A stretch of DNA of 64,000 nt from Candidatus Kerfeldbacteria bacterium (GTDB lineage: Bacteria > Patescibacteriota > Patescibacteriia > UBA10025 > JAHIVO01): NCBI GenBank assembly GCA_047946875.1, contig CP181398.1, positions 574,514 through 638,513 of the forward strand, in the 5' to 3' direction. Below, one piece after another: positions 29,069-40,133 of the stretch. Every line of letters begins with the position of its first letter. The stretch's first letter is position 1. Below the pieces are notes generated by a model. The model was not told the DNA's origin. It made no database searches and worked only from the letters and a program-made list of their open reading frames with translations. Made by a program: the position numbers and the translations under genes.

Positions 29069-30112
29069 ATGGATAATAAAATAAAAAAAATCAAAGAAGA
29101 GCATGCTCAAATAGAAAAGGATTTACAAAGTCCTGATATTTTAGGTGATGCCAATAAACTATCCAAACTTTCCAAGAAATATAATGAACTTAATGAATTC
29201 TTAGTAAGTTACACAAAATTAGAAACTGCCAAACAAAATATCACTGAGCTGAAAAAAAGTTTAGATACTGAAAAAGATAAAGAAATGATAGAACTTACCG
29301 AAGAAGAGATATCAAATCTTAGTAAATCAATTACAAAACTTGAAGATGAAGTAAATGAATATATTAACCCAGCCGACCCATTGGATAAAAAAAATATTAT
29401 TTTAGAGATTAGAGCGGGCACAGGTGGTGATGAAGCAGCGCTTTTCGCAGCTAATCTTTATAGGATGTACACCCGCTATGCAGAAGAAAGAGGTTGGAAA
29501 ATTCAAGCAATTAGTTCTAATAGGATAGGTATCGGTGGATTTAAAGAAATAATTGTCAATATTTTAGGTGACAACGTTTATAGTAAACTAAAATACGAAA
29601 GTGGCACTCACCGAGTACAACGAGTACCAGATACAGAAAAAAGTGGACGTGTACATACTTCAGCTGCCACTGTTGCAATCCTTCCTGAAGCAGAAGAAGT
29701 AGATGTTGAATTAAAACCAGAAGAACTAGATATACAAGCAACTAACTCGTCTGGCGCTGGTGGCCAATCTGTTAACACTGCCTATTCCGCTATCCGTATC
29801 GTTCATCTACCGACTAACACAGTAGTGGTCTGTCAGGATGAAAGATCACAAAAACAAAACAAAGAAAAAGCAATGCAAGTTTTACGATCTCGTATCTTAC
29901 AAGTCAGACAAGAAAAAGCTCAAAAAGAAAGATCTAATGCACGAAAAATTCAAGTTGGTACTGGCGATCGTTCAGAAAAAATAAGAACATATAACTTCCC
30001 TCAAGATAGAGTTACCGACCATAGAATAAAAAGTAATTACTCAAATATAGAGTCTATTATGGATGGTAATCTTGATCCAATAATTGATGATCTGAAAGAA
30101 GCTGATAAATAA
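29069..30112 (+). CDS. prfA: Peptide chain release factor 1
   Basis: [17 protein letters not shown] (PxT), [19 protein letters not shown]. Confidence 0.97.
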   Translation: MDNKIKKIKEEHAQIEKDLQSPDILGDANKLSKLSKKYNELNEFLVSYTKLETAKQNITELKKSLDTEKDKEMIELTEEEISNLSKSITKLEDEVNEYINPADPLDKKNIILEIRAGTGGDEAALFAANLYRMYTRYAEERGWKIQAISSNRIGIGGFKEIIVNILGDNVYSKLKYESGTHRVQRVPDTEKSGRVHTSAATVAILPEAEEVDVELKPEELDIQATNSSGAGGQSVNTAYSAIRIVHLPTNTVVVCQDERSQKQNKEKAMQVLRSRILQVRQEKAQKERSNARKIQVGTGDRSEKIRTYNFPQDRVTDHRIKSNYSNIESIMDGNLDPIIDDLKEADK

Positions 30113-30183
30113 TAAATAAATGTAATCATTGGTTAATATATTAATGATTTTTTTATTTATGAAAAAAATTGTATAATTAATTA

Positions 30184-31329
30184 ATGATTAACCAATTAAA
30201 TATAAAAAATAAATCGAAAATAATTTTAAAATTTATTATAATTTTATTTTTTTTATGGTTTATTACATTACAGATTGTGGCATTTGTATCAATCAACTTC
30301 ACAGATTTGGAACAACCACACTCATGGCCCAAAAAACCTTTAGAAACTTATCTTTATTGGGCTAGATGGGATTCAAAATGGTATTCCTCAATATCAACAG
30401 ATGGTTATTATCTACAGAACGGTAATTCAAATGTTACGTTTTTCCCACTCTACCCATCATTAATGAAAATTTCAAACATAATTTTTAATGTTGATTTAAT
30501 GTGGGCTGGATTTTTAATTTCTATAATTTCTATAATTTTATCCTTATATTATCTTTATAGATTAATATTAATCGATTTTGATAAATCCCATGCAAAAAAA
30601 AGCTTAGTATATTTACTCTTTTTACCCGCTGCATTTTTTTTAATTTCTACATATGCAGAATCACTATTTTTACTAGAAATTATACTTAGTTTTTATTTTG
30701 CCAGAAATAAAAAATGGTTAATAGCATCAATTTTTGCATTGTTGGCAGGTATTACAAGAATACCTGGGACCCTCTTATTCCCAGTTTTAATAATTGAATA
30801 TTTGTCACAGAATCAATATAAACTAAAAAACATTCGTATAAATTTTATTTATCTTTTTTCAATTCCTCTAGGATTAGCATCTCTGATGTTTTACTATTGG
30901 TACAAATTCAATGACGCTTTAATATTTCTCCATAACCAAACCACCTATTTACGCCACTTCACTTGGCCACACAATGTTATTAAAGGTTATTTAAACACTA
31001 TCTTCATTAACCCAAATAACGTCGCTAGTGATCTTTATTTGATATTACTTATCGATTTAACGATACTTATATTGTATTTTATTATTTTGATTATCTCATT
31101 TAAGAAACTCAGATTATCATATTCAATCTTTCTATTATTAAATTTGTTAATCCTAATATTTACGGGTACATTTTCTGGCATGAGTAGATACATACTCCCC
31201 TTATTCCCAGCTGTGATAGTTCTTGGTTTCATAAATAATAAATTTATTAGGTCATCAATACTAATTGTCCTTGGAATTACCCAAATATATTTGATTGCTA
31301 GATTTGTCAACTGGTATTGGGTTGGATAA
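30184..31329 (+). CDS. GT-C fold membrane glycosyltransferase (PIG-V-like mannosyltransferase)
   Basis: RWDSKWY..I...GY, FFPLYP, YAESLF, MSRY..PLFP. Confidence 0.85.
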   Translation: MINQLNIKNKSKIILKFIIILFFLWFITLQIVAFVSINFTDLEQPHSWPKKPLETYLYWARWDSKWYSSISTDGYYLQNGNSNVTFFPLYPSLMKISNIIFNVDLMWAGFLISIISIILSLYYLYRLILIDFDKSHAKKSLVYLLFLPAAFFLISTYAESLFLLEIILSFYFARNKKWLIASIFALLAGITRIPGTLLFPVLIIEYLSQNQYKLKNIRINFIYLFSIPLGLASLMFYYWYKFNDALIFLHNQTTYLRHFTWPHNVIKGYLNTIFINPNNVASDLYLILLIDLTILILYFIILIISFKKLRLSYSIFLLLNLLILIFTGTFSGMSRYILPLFPAVIVLGFINNKFIRSSILIVLGITQIYLIARFVNWYWVG

Positions 31330-31346
31330 TAGAATATAATAAACAT

Positions 31347-32195
31347 ATGAATATTCAACAAGCCTTGCTAAGTGCCACAAAAAAAATAAATCGAAAACAA
31401 CCTACTTCAGCGCACCTTGATGCTGAAATACTTTTATCCTTTGTAACCAATAAACCAAAAACATACCTTCATAGCCACTTAGAAAAAAACATTACGAATG
31501 CACAAAAAAATAAATATAATAATTTAGTAAATAAACGTAAAAATGGTTCTCCTATAGCTTACCTTATAAATAATCGAGATTTTTATAGTCTAAGTTTCTA
31601 TATAAATAAAAATGTACTTATACCTAGACCAGAAACAGAAACATTAGTAGAAGAAGTAATTAAACAAGCTCGTCATTTAAAACAATCTATTGGTAAAAAC
31701 GATACTATTACTATTGTAGATATTGGCACAGGATCTGGTTGCATCTCTGTCACACTGGCTAAATATTTACCTTATGCCAAAATTATAGCTACAGATATTT
31801 CACAAAAAGCTTTGGATGTTGCCAAAAGGAATGCCAAACTTCACAAAGTACTAAACAGAATAACTTTCAAAAAAGGAAACTTACTTAAAGCGGTTACCAA
31901 ACAAACGCCACCTGATATTATAGTTTCAAATCTCCCCTACCTTACTAAGAAAGAATTATCTAATGTTCCTAAAGAACCTAAACTAGCTTTATACGGTGGC
32001 AAACTTGGATTAGAAATAATTGACGAATTATTCATTCAAATTTCTGAACTTGAAAAACAACCGATTATATTGTTAGAAATAGCCCCACATCAATTTAAAG
32101 CAATTGATTATTTTGCAGAACAAAAACTAAATAAAAAAATATCACATCCAGTCAAAGATCTAGCTGGACGCGATCGAATAGCAATCATTAAATAA
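31347..32195 (+). CDS. prmC: Release factor glutamine methyltransferase
   Basis: VLIPRPETE, DIGTGSG, SNLPY, DLAGRDR; likely start ATG 31347. Confidence 0.95.
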   Translation: MNIQQALLSATKKINRKQPTSAHLDAEILLSFVTNKPKTYLHSHLEKNITNAQKNKYNNLVNKRKNGSPIAYLINNRDFYSLSFYINKNVLIPRPETETLVEEVIKQARHLKQSIGKNDTITIVDIGTGSGCISVTLAKYLPYAKIIATDISQKALDVAKRNAKLHKVLNRITFKKGNLLKAVTKQTPPDIIVSNLPYLTKKELSNVPKEPKLALYGGKLGLEIIDELFIQISELEKQPIILLEIAPHQFKAIDYFAEQKLNKKISHPVKDLAGRDRIAIIK

Positions 32196-32253
32196 AAAGA
32201 AGGGAACAGATATCAATCATGTCCCCTTCGAATATTTTTTGTACTTTCTATTT

Positions 32254-33072
32254 CTAGAATGTACAGGTCAACTCCACAAAATATTTGCTTCGTTGACCCT
32301 CAGCCAGATCCACGTATGCTTTGACAAATGAATTTGTCGCATACTTATAAGTAAATCCAACAGTAAGCTGCTCATTTCTACCAAATTCGTACATTTGGTT
32401 AAAAGAAAGAGCGTCGGTCAGGTAAGAATAGTTCCGAACAGAATACTGCTCAGTGCTATCTTTGGGTTTTGAAACGGTAAAAACCGTTTTCAATAATGGA
32501 ATCCGAAATGGCGATTCTACTACAAACCCATAGGCGGTTTTTTCTTGCCACATAGCAGAGATAAACCCGTAAGTAACCGCAACCTGAGAAAGATCACTAT
32601 GCAAAACCCGAAGAGTAAAATCAGATTTTTCAAAAAATGCGTTTACTCCGAAAGCCTTGATTATATAATTGTCATATGCCATGGCCCATCTACCAAACAA
32701 AATCTTATTTGGACCGGTCATGATATCTCCAACCGTGGAGAGAACATAACCAGCGGAGGTATTTAATTCCCCACCTAACAATGAGAAAGTCTTTTTCACA
32801 TATCCATATGACATGCTTTCACTGGCAAAGTCATATTCTATGGTGACTTGCAACTGATTCACTTGAGCCACATAAGCATCCGTACGCAATCTCATCCAAC
32901 GAAGTTTGTACTTATCAGATGTACCGTGCATATTTGCATCAACAGCTATATAGCCAGAAACATTGATGCTATCAACCTGAGTTGATTGACCACTAATTAT
33001 TCCTGCCTGTGAATTCATTGGTACTACCAACATGACGATTGCAATTACCATTAGGATAGTTGCTGTTTTCAT
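32254..33072 (-). CDS. Secreted protein resembling an outer-membrane beta-barrel/porin
   Basis: Cleavable signal (SQA), amphipathic beta strands, LRWMRLR, C-terminal YFVELTCTF with terminal Phe. Confidence 0.55.
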   Translation of the reverse strand: MKTATILMVIAIVMLVVPMNSQAGIISGQSTQVDSINVSGYIAVDANMHGTSDKYKLRWMRLRTDAYVAQVNQLQVTIEYDFASESMSYGYVKKTFSLLGGELNTSAGYVLSTVGDIMTGPNKILFGRWAMAYDNYIIKAFGVNAFFEKSDFTLRVLHSDLSQVAVTYGFISAMWQEKTAYGFVVESPFRIPLLKTVFTVSKPKDSTEQYSVRNYSYLTDALSFNQMYEFGRNEQLTVGFTYKYATNSFVKAYVDLAEGQRSKYFVELTCTF

Positions 33073-33170
33073 TAAAAACTCCTTGCCCTTTTTAGAGCTT
33101 TGTTATATTAACGATTCTTATTTTCTTATCAAAGTGCAAATAACTATTCAGCATACTCCCTTATGTTCAA

Positions 33171-33258
33171 TTTGTCAAGACCTAAGGCAAGACTATTAAA
33201 ATGGCTATTTTTGAGTAAAAAAATAAGGCACAGTATTGCTACTATGCCTTAATATGTA
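33171..33258. repeat. 88-bp direct repeat (terminator plus -35), copy 1
   Basis: Matches 35293-35380 with 7 mismatches. Confidence 0.9.
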
Positions 33259-33267
33259 ATATATATA

Positions 33268-34143
33268 CTACTTTTTACCGAAAAGCGCTCTTAGATGAAG
33301 TTCATCTCCATTAAATACCCAATTAAGATTTTCTGAATCTTCAGCATAAGCCTCTTCCAGAATTTCCAAGCTACGTAATAGTCTAAAGAATTCTGGATCA
33401 GACCCATAGGCAGCGTTATAAATAGCTGTTGCCTTAGCCTCTGCTTGACCTCTAATTTGACGAGATTCTTTTTCTGCAGAAGCCATAATTTCTTTAGCCA
33501 TTCTATCAGTCTCGGAAGTAATTGTAAGTGAATCCTGATAACCTTCAGCACGATATTTCTTCGCTTTACGGCTACGTTCTTCCATCATACGACCAAAAAC
33601 TGACTTCTTGTTTTCTTCAGGCAAATCAACTCGATTCATTCTAACGATAGCGATCTCTAAACCGAATTTCTTATCCTTGACCAGCATATCACTTCTTTGT
33701 GTTATGCTGTCCATAATTAGCTGTCTATCGGTTACAACGATTTGTTCAAAATTATTACGACCAAGACGGTTTCGCATTTCTGAATATATTACTTCATCCA
33801 TGCGAGTTTGAGCATTGGCCATAGTCTGAGTATTTTTCAGATATTCAATTCCGTTTGTAATACGAAACAAACCGAACGAATCCGTCAGCAGGGTTTTCTT
33901 ATCTTTAGTGATAATTTCCCTAGGATCAGAATCGTACATTTGCCAACGCTTATCAAGTTTATGAACATCTTGGAAAGGCCAAGGAAGCTTAAAGTGTGGG
34001 CCACCCGCTTCAGTAATTTCTGTAACTGGCTTACCAAATTGCAAAACTACTGCAATTTCTTTCTCATCAACCGTAAATAAGCAAGTGCTTATCAATATCA
34101 ATGAAAGTAAAAATGATACTATTTCGAATATTAATCGTTTCAT
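33268..34143 (-). CDS. hflC: Protease modulator HflC (SPFH)
   Basis: QFGKPV, TKDKK, RVDLP, RM..ER...A..YRAEG, DPEFF...RSLE. Confidence 0.92.
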   Translation of the reverse strand: MKRLIFEIVSFLLSLILISTCLFTVDEKEIAVVLQFGKPVTEITEAGGPHFKLPWPFQDVHKLDKRWQMYDSDPREIITKDKKTLLTDSFGLFRITNGIEYLKNTQTMANAQTRMDEVIYSEMRNRLGRNNFEQIVVTDRQLIMDSITQRSDMLVKDKKFGLEIAIVRMNRVDLPEENKKSVFGRMMEERSRKAKKYRAEGYQDSLTITSETDRMAKEIMASAEKESRQIRGQAEAKATAIYNAAYGSDPEFFRLLRSLEILEEAYAEDSENLNWVFNGDELHLRALFGKK

Positions 34144-34148
34144 CCTAA

Positions 34149-35150
34149 TTATCTCCCATCTGTCTTACGGTTTGTGATATCAAGAAATTCAAGTGGGCCA
34201 TTACCATTGAGAATGATCCACTGCTTACTGCCAGGTAGAATTTTTCCGAAAACTTCAAGTCTCATTCTATCCTTTGTAACCCCTGGTAACTTCTTGTACT
34301 CCTTTAACATATCCACGAACTTCGATGAATCACCTTGAGCGATGGCTATACGTTCAGCTTGAAAACCTAACGCATCCTCTACCATCTTCTTTGCCTTACC
34401 TCTAGTTTGAGGTAAAATTTCGTTTTGATATCCTTCAGCCGATCGGACTTTTTTCTGCTTATCTTCTTTGGCATTAGTGACATCTTTGAAAGCGTGCATA
34501 ACTTCCTCAGGCGGATGCGCGTCTTGCAACTGAACACCAGCAATCGATACTCCGAAATCTAAATCTGACACAAGACCAGAAGTTAGATCATGAACATTGT
34601 CCTGGATAGTAACACGACCGCTAGTAGCAACGGAATCAAATGACCCCCTACCTACCTCATACCGCATGCTAGATTGTGAAAGCATGCTAAGCGCATGTAA
34701 TGGATCTTCAAGTACAAACATCCATTTTGCAGCATCAGAAGACCTAAACTGAACAATGAAATCTAAGTCAACAATATTTGCATCTCCAGTAAGCATTAAC
34801 GCTTCTTCGTCGATATCTTGATATTCAGCCGGTGGCCCAACATCAAGAGTCCTAAAACCGATTTCTATATTCTTTACCTTAGTGACCGAAACCTCAGTAG
34901 CTTCTTCAAATGGCCACGGTAATTTGACGTGGATACCAGGCTCTTCTGTCCTGACATGTTTACCAAAACGTTGAACCACAGAATTTTCATCTTTGTCGAC
35001 TGTATACCAAAAAGTGAATAATGAAATCACAAAATACAACGCAAATGCACAATTCCATATTTTTGGTAACAGTTTTCTTTCGTTGTCGACCATACCTTCA
35101 TAAACAAATAGGTCAACAAACGACCATTTCTTTTCAGAAATTTCCGACAT
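34149..35150 (-). CDS. hflK: Protease modulator HflK (SPFH)
   Basis: RFGK, MLTGDANIV, PPEEV..AF.DV..A.ED, AQGD..F...L.EY. Confidence 0.92.
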   Translation of the reverse strand: MSEISEKKWSFVDLFVYEGMVDNERKLLPKIWNCAFALYFVISLFTFWYTVDKDENSVVQRFGKHVRTEEPGIHVKLPWPFEEATEVSVTKVKNIEIGFRTLDVGPPAEYQDIDEEALMLTGDANIVDLDFIVQFRSSDAAKWMFVLEDPLHALSMLSQSSMRYEVGRGSFDSVATSGRVTIQDNVHDLTSGLVSDLDFGVSIAGVQLQDAHPPEEVMHAFKDVTNAKEDKQKKVRSAEGYQNEILPQTRGKAKKMVEDALGFQAERIAIAQGDSSKFVDMLKEYKKLPGVTKDRMRLEVFGKILPGSKQWIILNGNGPLEFLDITNRKTDGR

Positions 35151-35292
35151 ACTTACTCCAATCGTTGTTTAAATTTACGTATTTATTTCTTCAATTTTTC
35201 TCTACTTCCTCCATTAGTAGTATTATATATTTTCAATGAACATAATTATTGTTATTTTTTTATAACTAGAAATATTAACATATTATTTAGTA

Positions 35293-35380
35293 TTTGTCAA
35301 GACCTAGGACAAGGCCATTAAAATAGCTATTTTTGAGTAAAAAAATAAAGCACAGTATTGCTACTATGCTTTAATATGTA
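35293..35380. repeat. 88-bp direct repeat, copy 2
   Basis: Matches 33171-33258. Confidence 0.9.
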
Positions 35381-35411
35381 TGATAGACAGCCTATTTTAG
35401 ATTAAAATATT

Positions 35412-36620
35412 TTATTCGTATAATACTTCTTGTGTTTCAGGTAAAATATGAACCCAAGTATTACCTCTATTAAACTCTAATTCATTACCATCAATATAAT
35501 AAAAATATGTCCTGTCAGTTCTTGATTCTTTTTTCCAAGTACCTTCTATAATCTCACCATCTCTTAATATCCAGGCCGGTCCAGGACCGCCAACTTGTAT
35601 TTCCAGCCTACCCTTACCACCATTCAATACAGGCTCTGGTACTATCTGAACTATGACATTCTTTATTTTAATTTGTTCACCTGTATTACTATCTAAATGT
35701 GGCTGATTAGCATTGGACCTATAATACAAATTTTCATCTTGATTGTATTGCATATCCACAAGATAAGTAGTTCCATAAGAAAAATTAAAACTTAATGTTT
35801 TGCCATCTTCTCCCCTATCTTCTAATACAGAATCTTCTTTGTATTTCCAAGATTGATAAGATGTTTCTGTATCAGCTAATTCTAAATCCCTTAAAGCAAA
35901 ATTCATTTTTTCTGAAGAGGTTACTAAATTATGTGGAGCATACTTAGAAGTATCTCGCCAAAAATATTTATTACCTCTTCCAAGCGCTTCCAAATCAATC
36001 AAATCTTTATTTTCTCCAATGATAGTTAAAGCTTGTGGGCTACCTCCTGCATGAGCATAAAGTGCTTCATATTCTGACGACCATTCCAGATAATATGGAC
36101 GAGCTGACCTTACTGGCATTATCTCAGGGATTACTTCATATGGATCGAAAATTGCCACAAACCTTGTAGCGCCACCTTCAACCAATGATTCATAAACTAC
36201 TGATGCTTGTGATAGACCACTTTGTGGACGAACAGATAATAAATTTTCTATCATTACTGCATATGGTACTAGTTTTTGATCGTCTTCATCTACGATAACT
36301 CCATCTATACTACGGCTGATTAAATAAGTTTCTACTTCTATCGTAGAAGCAGCCGATGTGTCTGTAGATATAGAAGTCTCATTATGATCAGTAAAAAATG
36401 ATAAATTTATATACATAGCTGATCCCAAGAAAGTTCCAACTGCCCACCATGCAAAAATCATGGTCAATACAAAAAATATCGTTATGTAAATAATCCAATT
36501 ACGATTTTTTGATACTTGTTGCCAAGTAGCAGTTGTATTCTTACTGCTTGTTGATGTATCTTTATTACTTTTTGTTAACTTAACCGATTTTTTATTTTTC
36601 ATTTTTAATTTTTTAGACAA
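35412..36620 (-). CDS. DUF3048 (YerB-like) protein
   Basis: AVMIEN...RPQSGL.QA.VVYE..VEGG.TRF, PVRSARPY, HAGGS. Confidence 0.9.
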   Translation of the reverse strand: MSKKLKMKNKKSVKLTKSNKDTSTSSKNTTATWQQVSKNRNWIIYITIFFVLTMIFAWWAVGTFLGSAMYINLSFFTDHNETSISTDTSAASTIEVETYLISRSIDGVIVDEDDQKLVPYAVMIENLLSVRPQSGLSQASVVYESLVEGGATRFVAIFDPYEVIPEIMPVRSARPYYLEWSSEYEALYAHAGGSPQALTIIGENKDLIDLEALGRGNKYFWRDTSKYAPHNLVTSSEKMNFALRDLELADTETSYQSWKYKEDSVLEDRGEDGKTLSFNFSYGTTYLVDMQYNQDENLYYRSNANQPHLDSNTGEQIKIKNVIVQIVPEPVLNGGKGRLEIQVGGPGPAWILRDGEIIEGTWKKESRTDRTYFYYIDGNELEFNRGNTWVHILPETQEVLYE

Positions 36621-36629
36621 AACTCCCCT

Positions 36630-37715
36630 CTAGTTATAATCTATTTCTCGATCAGTTGGCACTATCTCTACCCAAATAGGTCCTGCATTAAATTCAATCT
36701 CACTACCACTTTCATCATAAAATAATGTTCTTTCGGCTATACCTTCCTTTTCCCAAGTACCTACAGTACCCTCGCCATCAACAAATATTATTGCCTCTCC
36801 TTTGCCTATAGTATCCATTCCAAGTCTCTGATCATCAACTAAATATGTCTTTACTTTTTGAACAATTATATTTTTTGCTCTAACCTCAGAGTCATCTCTA
36901 TCTATATGTGCCTCACCGGCCTGATATCTTAAATAATCATTTGTATCACGATTATATTTATACTCAACCTTATAATTAAAAGAAGAGAAATCTATAGTAA
37001 TATATTTATCTTCTACCGTTCTATCTGTAATTTTCAAATCTTCTTTAAATTTCCATAAATCAAAATCGCCATTTTTATCAATTTCCTTATCCCTTAATGC
37101 AAATACGATTTTTTCTCCCGAACTATATAAAGTATGTTCTGATGCTACATTTCTTGATGTATCACGCCAGTAGTATTGTGAATTATAAAATTGATCAAGA
37201 TCAACCATCCCTTCTCTTTTTATTTGAGCTAATGCTTCTGGGCTACCACCAGCATGCATATATAATGCATTGTATTCACTAGCCCAATCTAAAAAATATG
37301 GTCTAGCTGATCTTATCGGTCCAATTTCAGAAATTACCATATTGCTAGCATAAACAGCCATAAATCTAGTTATACCACCCTCAGCCAATGCTTCATATAC
37401 AACGTTTGCCTGCGATAAGCCAGACTGTGGTCTTGAAACTGTTAGATTTTCAATCATCACCGCTACTGGATAATGATTAGATTCTTCAAATGATACATAT
37501 TCACCATCAATAGCTCTTCGTACTAATGAACCACTATCTACATTAGTATTTTTATTTGAGTTAGAATCACTATCTTGATCTGGATTAAAACCAAAAATTA
37601 TATAACCCAAAGCTGCAGCCACAACCACCACCACAGATATTATGATAATCAGCCATTTTTTACTTTTTTTCTTACCCCAAATATATTCTTTAGAATTACC
37701 CATTTTTTTTGCCAT
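36630..37715 (-). CDS. DUF3048 (YerB-like) protein, tandem paralog
   Basis: Same motifs: AVMIEN, RPQSGL, EGGITRF, GPIRSARPY. Confidence 0.9.
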   Translation of the reverse strand: MAKKMGNSKEYIWGKKKSKKWLIIIISVVVVVAAALGYIIFGFNPDQDSDSNSNKNTNVDSGSLVRRAIDGEYVSFEESNHYPVAVMIENLTVSRPQSGLSQANVVYEALAEGGITRFMAVYASNMVISEIGPIRSARPYFLDWASEYNALYMHAGGSPEALAQIKREGMVDLDQFYNSQYYWRDTSRNVASEHTLYSSGEKIVFALRDKEIDKNGDFDLWKFKEDLKITDRTVEDKYITIDFSSFNYKVEYKYNRDTNDYLRYQAGEAHIDRDDSEVRAKNIIVQKVKTYLVDDQRLGMDTIGKGEAIIFVDGEGTVGTWEKEGIAERTLFYDESGSEIEFNAGPIWVEIVPTDREIDYN

Positions 37716-37754
37716 GATAAATAACTATTAAATTATTATAAAGCTTCTAAAAGT

Positions 37755-38489
37755 TTATTTGTCTTTTCCGCCAGCGGCAGGTTTTTCTTCAGCATCTTCA
37801 GTTTTTTTGTCACCTTCTTTTTTATCATCATCACCATCAGCAACTTCTTCTTCTCCTTCTTTACCATCAACTTTTTCAACATCATCTACCTTGTCAGTAA
37901 TATCATCCTCCAATGACTTAAGTTCTTCTTCGGTTCTAGGTGTTTGAACATTAGCAACCATAATTTGTCCTTTTTCTATAACTTCGACACCTTCTGGTAA
38001 TTTTAAGTCTTTTACTGTAATTCTATTTTCAAATGTTTCTAAGGCACTAATATCAACCTTAATTTCATGAACTAAATTTTCTGGTAAACATTCTATCTTA
38101 ACCTTATCTAAACTTTTATATAAAACTCCACCATTTTCTTTTACTGCTTTTGACTCCCCTACGAATTCCAAAATAACTTCTGCAGTTAATTTCTTTTTCA
38201 TATCAACTTGTTGAAAATCAACATGAATATATTCATCAGTAACAACATTTTTTTGAAAATCATGTATTAAAACTTTAGTTGGTTTTTGATCACCAACCTG
38301 TAAATCAATTAAACTACTTGAGCCTGCAACCTTAAAAATTGTAATAAATGATTTAAGGTCTAATGTTAAATTTATATTTTTTGATCCATGACCATATAGA
38401 ACGGCAGGAATTTTACCTTCTTTTCTAAGATGATCAACTTTTTTGCCAAGCACCTCCCGTGCTTCAGCCGTTAACGTCATTGTTTTCAT
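37755..38489 (-). CDS. rplY: 50S ribosomal protein L25/Ctc
   Basis: LRKEGKIPAVLYG, HVDF, acidic tail. Confidence 0.95.
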   Translation of the reverse strand: MKTMTLTAEAREVLGKKVDHLRKEGKIPAVLYGHGSKNINLTLDLKSFITIFKVAGSSSLIDLQVGDQKPTKVLIHDFQKNVVTDEYIHVDFQQVDMKKKLTAEVILEFVGESKAVKENGGVLYKSLDKVKIECLPENLVHEIKVDISALETFENRITVKDLKLPEGVEVIEKGQIMVANVQTPRTEEELKSLEDDITDKVDDVEKVDGKEGEEEVADGDDDKKEGDKKTEDAEEKPAAGGKDK

Positions 38490-38521
38490 AGTATTTCTTC
38501 TTTACTTTAAGTAATTAATTT

Positions 38522-38887
38522 TTAAACAAACGAAATAAAATCCATTTTATTTATATATAGAGCTTGATACAAATCGATCAAATTATCACTATTAATTATT
38601 TCGCTTTTCTTATATCTTACTATATCTTTTTTAGTCAAATCTGTCACTAGTCCAAATGAACTAATGCCAATTTCACTTACTAATACCATCAACACTATCG
38701 AACTAGAGCATTGAGCACAATTAGTATGTAATAACCAGCTTTCTTGCGATTCTTCAATTACTGTAGCTTTTTCTGGTAAAAATGAAGTATTGCATAATGG
38801 GCAATATGATTCAAGATTCTGCTGATTCTTATTTTTTGGTAATTTTTGGTTATTATCTTGATTTTGATTTTTGTTATCTATTTCCAT
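38522..38887 (-). CDS. Hypothetical zinc-ribbon protein
   Basis: CPLC...H..C..C, VTDLT. Confidence 0.7.
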   Translation of the reverse strand: MEIDNKNQNQDNNQKLPKNKNQQNLESYCPLCNTSFLPEKATVIEESQESWLLHTNCAQCSSSIVLMVLVSEIGISSFGLVTDLTKKDIVRYKKSEIINSDNLIDLYQALYINKMDFISFV

Positions 38888-39001
38888 ATAAAAAATATTG
38901 TAAACTATTTTTTAAATTTAATCAAATTATTTGATTGTCTTAATTATATCACAAAAACACCACTTTAGTCAAGTATTAATAGATAAAAATATTTAAATTA
39001 T

Positions 39002-40117
39002 TTAACCTTGGGCAGTTATTCCCCTTCTTATAAATACACTATGAGCGATTCCTAACATAATAAAACTAGCTATCATTGAGGTACCGCCATAACTTACGAA
39101 CGGTAATGGGACTCCAGCAATAGGCAATACACCTATATTCATACCAATATTCAACAAACTCTGAGAAAATAGATAAATTATGATTCCACTCACCAAAAAT
39201 AATCCAAAATCATCACGTGCTAAGCGACATACTCGAAACAACCTATATATTAAAAAGATAATAAGTCCAATCAGAAATAGTGAACCCATAAATCCTAATT
39301 CTTCAGCTATAACAGCAAAAATAAAATCAGTTTCTTGTGCGGGCAAGAAATTTAATCTACTTTGTGGTCCAAGCGATAAACCGCGACCAAAAAATTGACC
39401 CGAACCAACAGATATTATGGATTGTTTAATATTATAACCACTCCCCCAAGGATCTCGATCAGGATCAAGAAATGTTAACACTCTGTCGTGTTGATAATCT
39501 TGTAAAATAAAAGCCCAACTAAAAATTGAAACAATCGCTACTAACACAACAATCCAAATAATATAAGATTTTTTAACTTTAGTTAATAATAACATTCCGA
39601 AGAATATTGCTAATAAAATAAATGCTGAACCAAAATCCGGTTGTAAAAAAATTAATAAAATTAAAACACCTGCGATACCAAAAATTTGAAATAAATTTTT
39701 TAAAGATTTTACCTCAGATCTCCATTTTGAAAAAAATTTAGAAATTATTATTATCATAATAATTTTTATAATCTCCACTGGCTGAAATACTTGATCACCA
39801 AACAAAACTATCCACCCTTTAGTACCACTAACAATAGTACCAAAAAACAAAACAAATAATAATAATAATATACCAAGTCCATAAAATACAAATCCGTATG
39901 TGTTTAAATATCTATAATCTAACAAACTAAAAAATATCATTAGAAAAATACCAATTCCAAAAAATACTATCTGTTTTTTATAATTCAAAAGATCAGAATC
40001 CGCTGCAGTTACTTCAGAACTATATATCCCCATCAAACCAAATGCTACTAAAAAAAATGCTACCAATGATAGCAACCAATCAGATTTTTTTAAATAAAAT
40101 AAATATTTTCTAAACAT
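39002..40117 (-). CDS. rodA: Rod shape-determining SEDS protein
   Basis: QPVE..K, QPDFGSA, YQ.DR, GYNI.QS...GSG, TDFIF, GVPLPFVSYGG. Confidence 0.93.
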   Translation of the reverse strand: MFRKYLFYLKKSDWLLSLVAFFLVAFGLMGIYSSEVTAADSDLLNYKKQIVFFGIGIFLMIFFSLLDYRYLNTYGFVFYGLGILLLLFVLFFGTIVSGTKGWIVLFGDQVFQPVEIIKIIMIIIISKFFSKWRSEVKSLKNLFQIFGIAGVLILLIFLQPDFGSAFILLAIFFGMLLLTKVKKSYIIWIVVLVAIVSIFSWAFILQDYQHDRVLTFLDPDRDPWGSGYNIKQSIISVGSGQFFGRGLSLGPQSRLNFLPAQETDFIFAVIAEELGFMGSLFLIGLIIFLIYRLFRVCRLARDDFGLFLVSGIIIYLFSQSLLNIGMNIGVLPIAGVPLPFVSYGGTSMIASFIMLGIAHSVFIRRGITAQG

Positions 40118-40133
40118 CTTGCATCACTAATAA

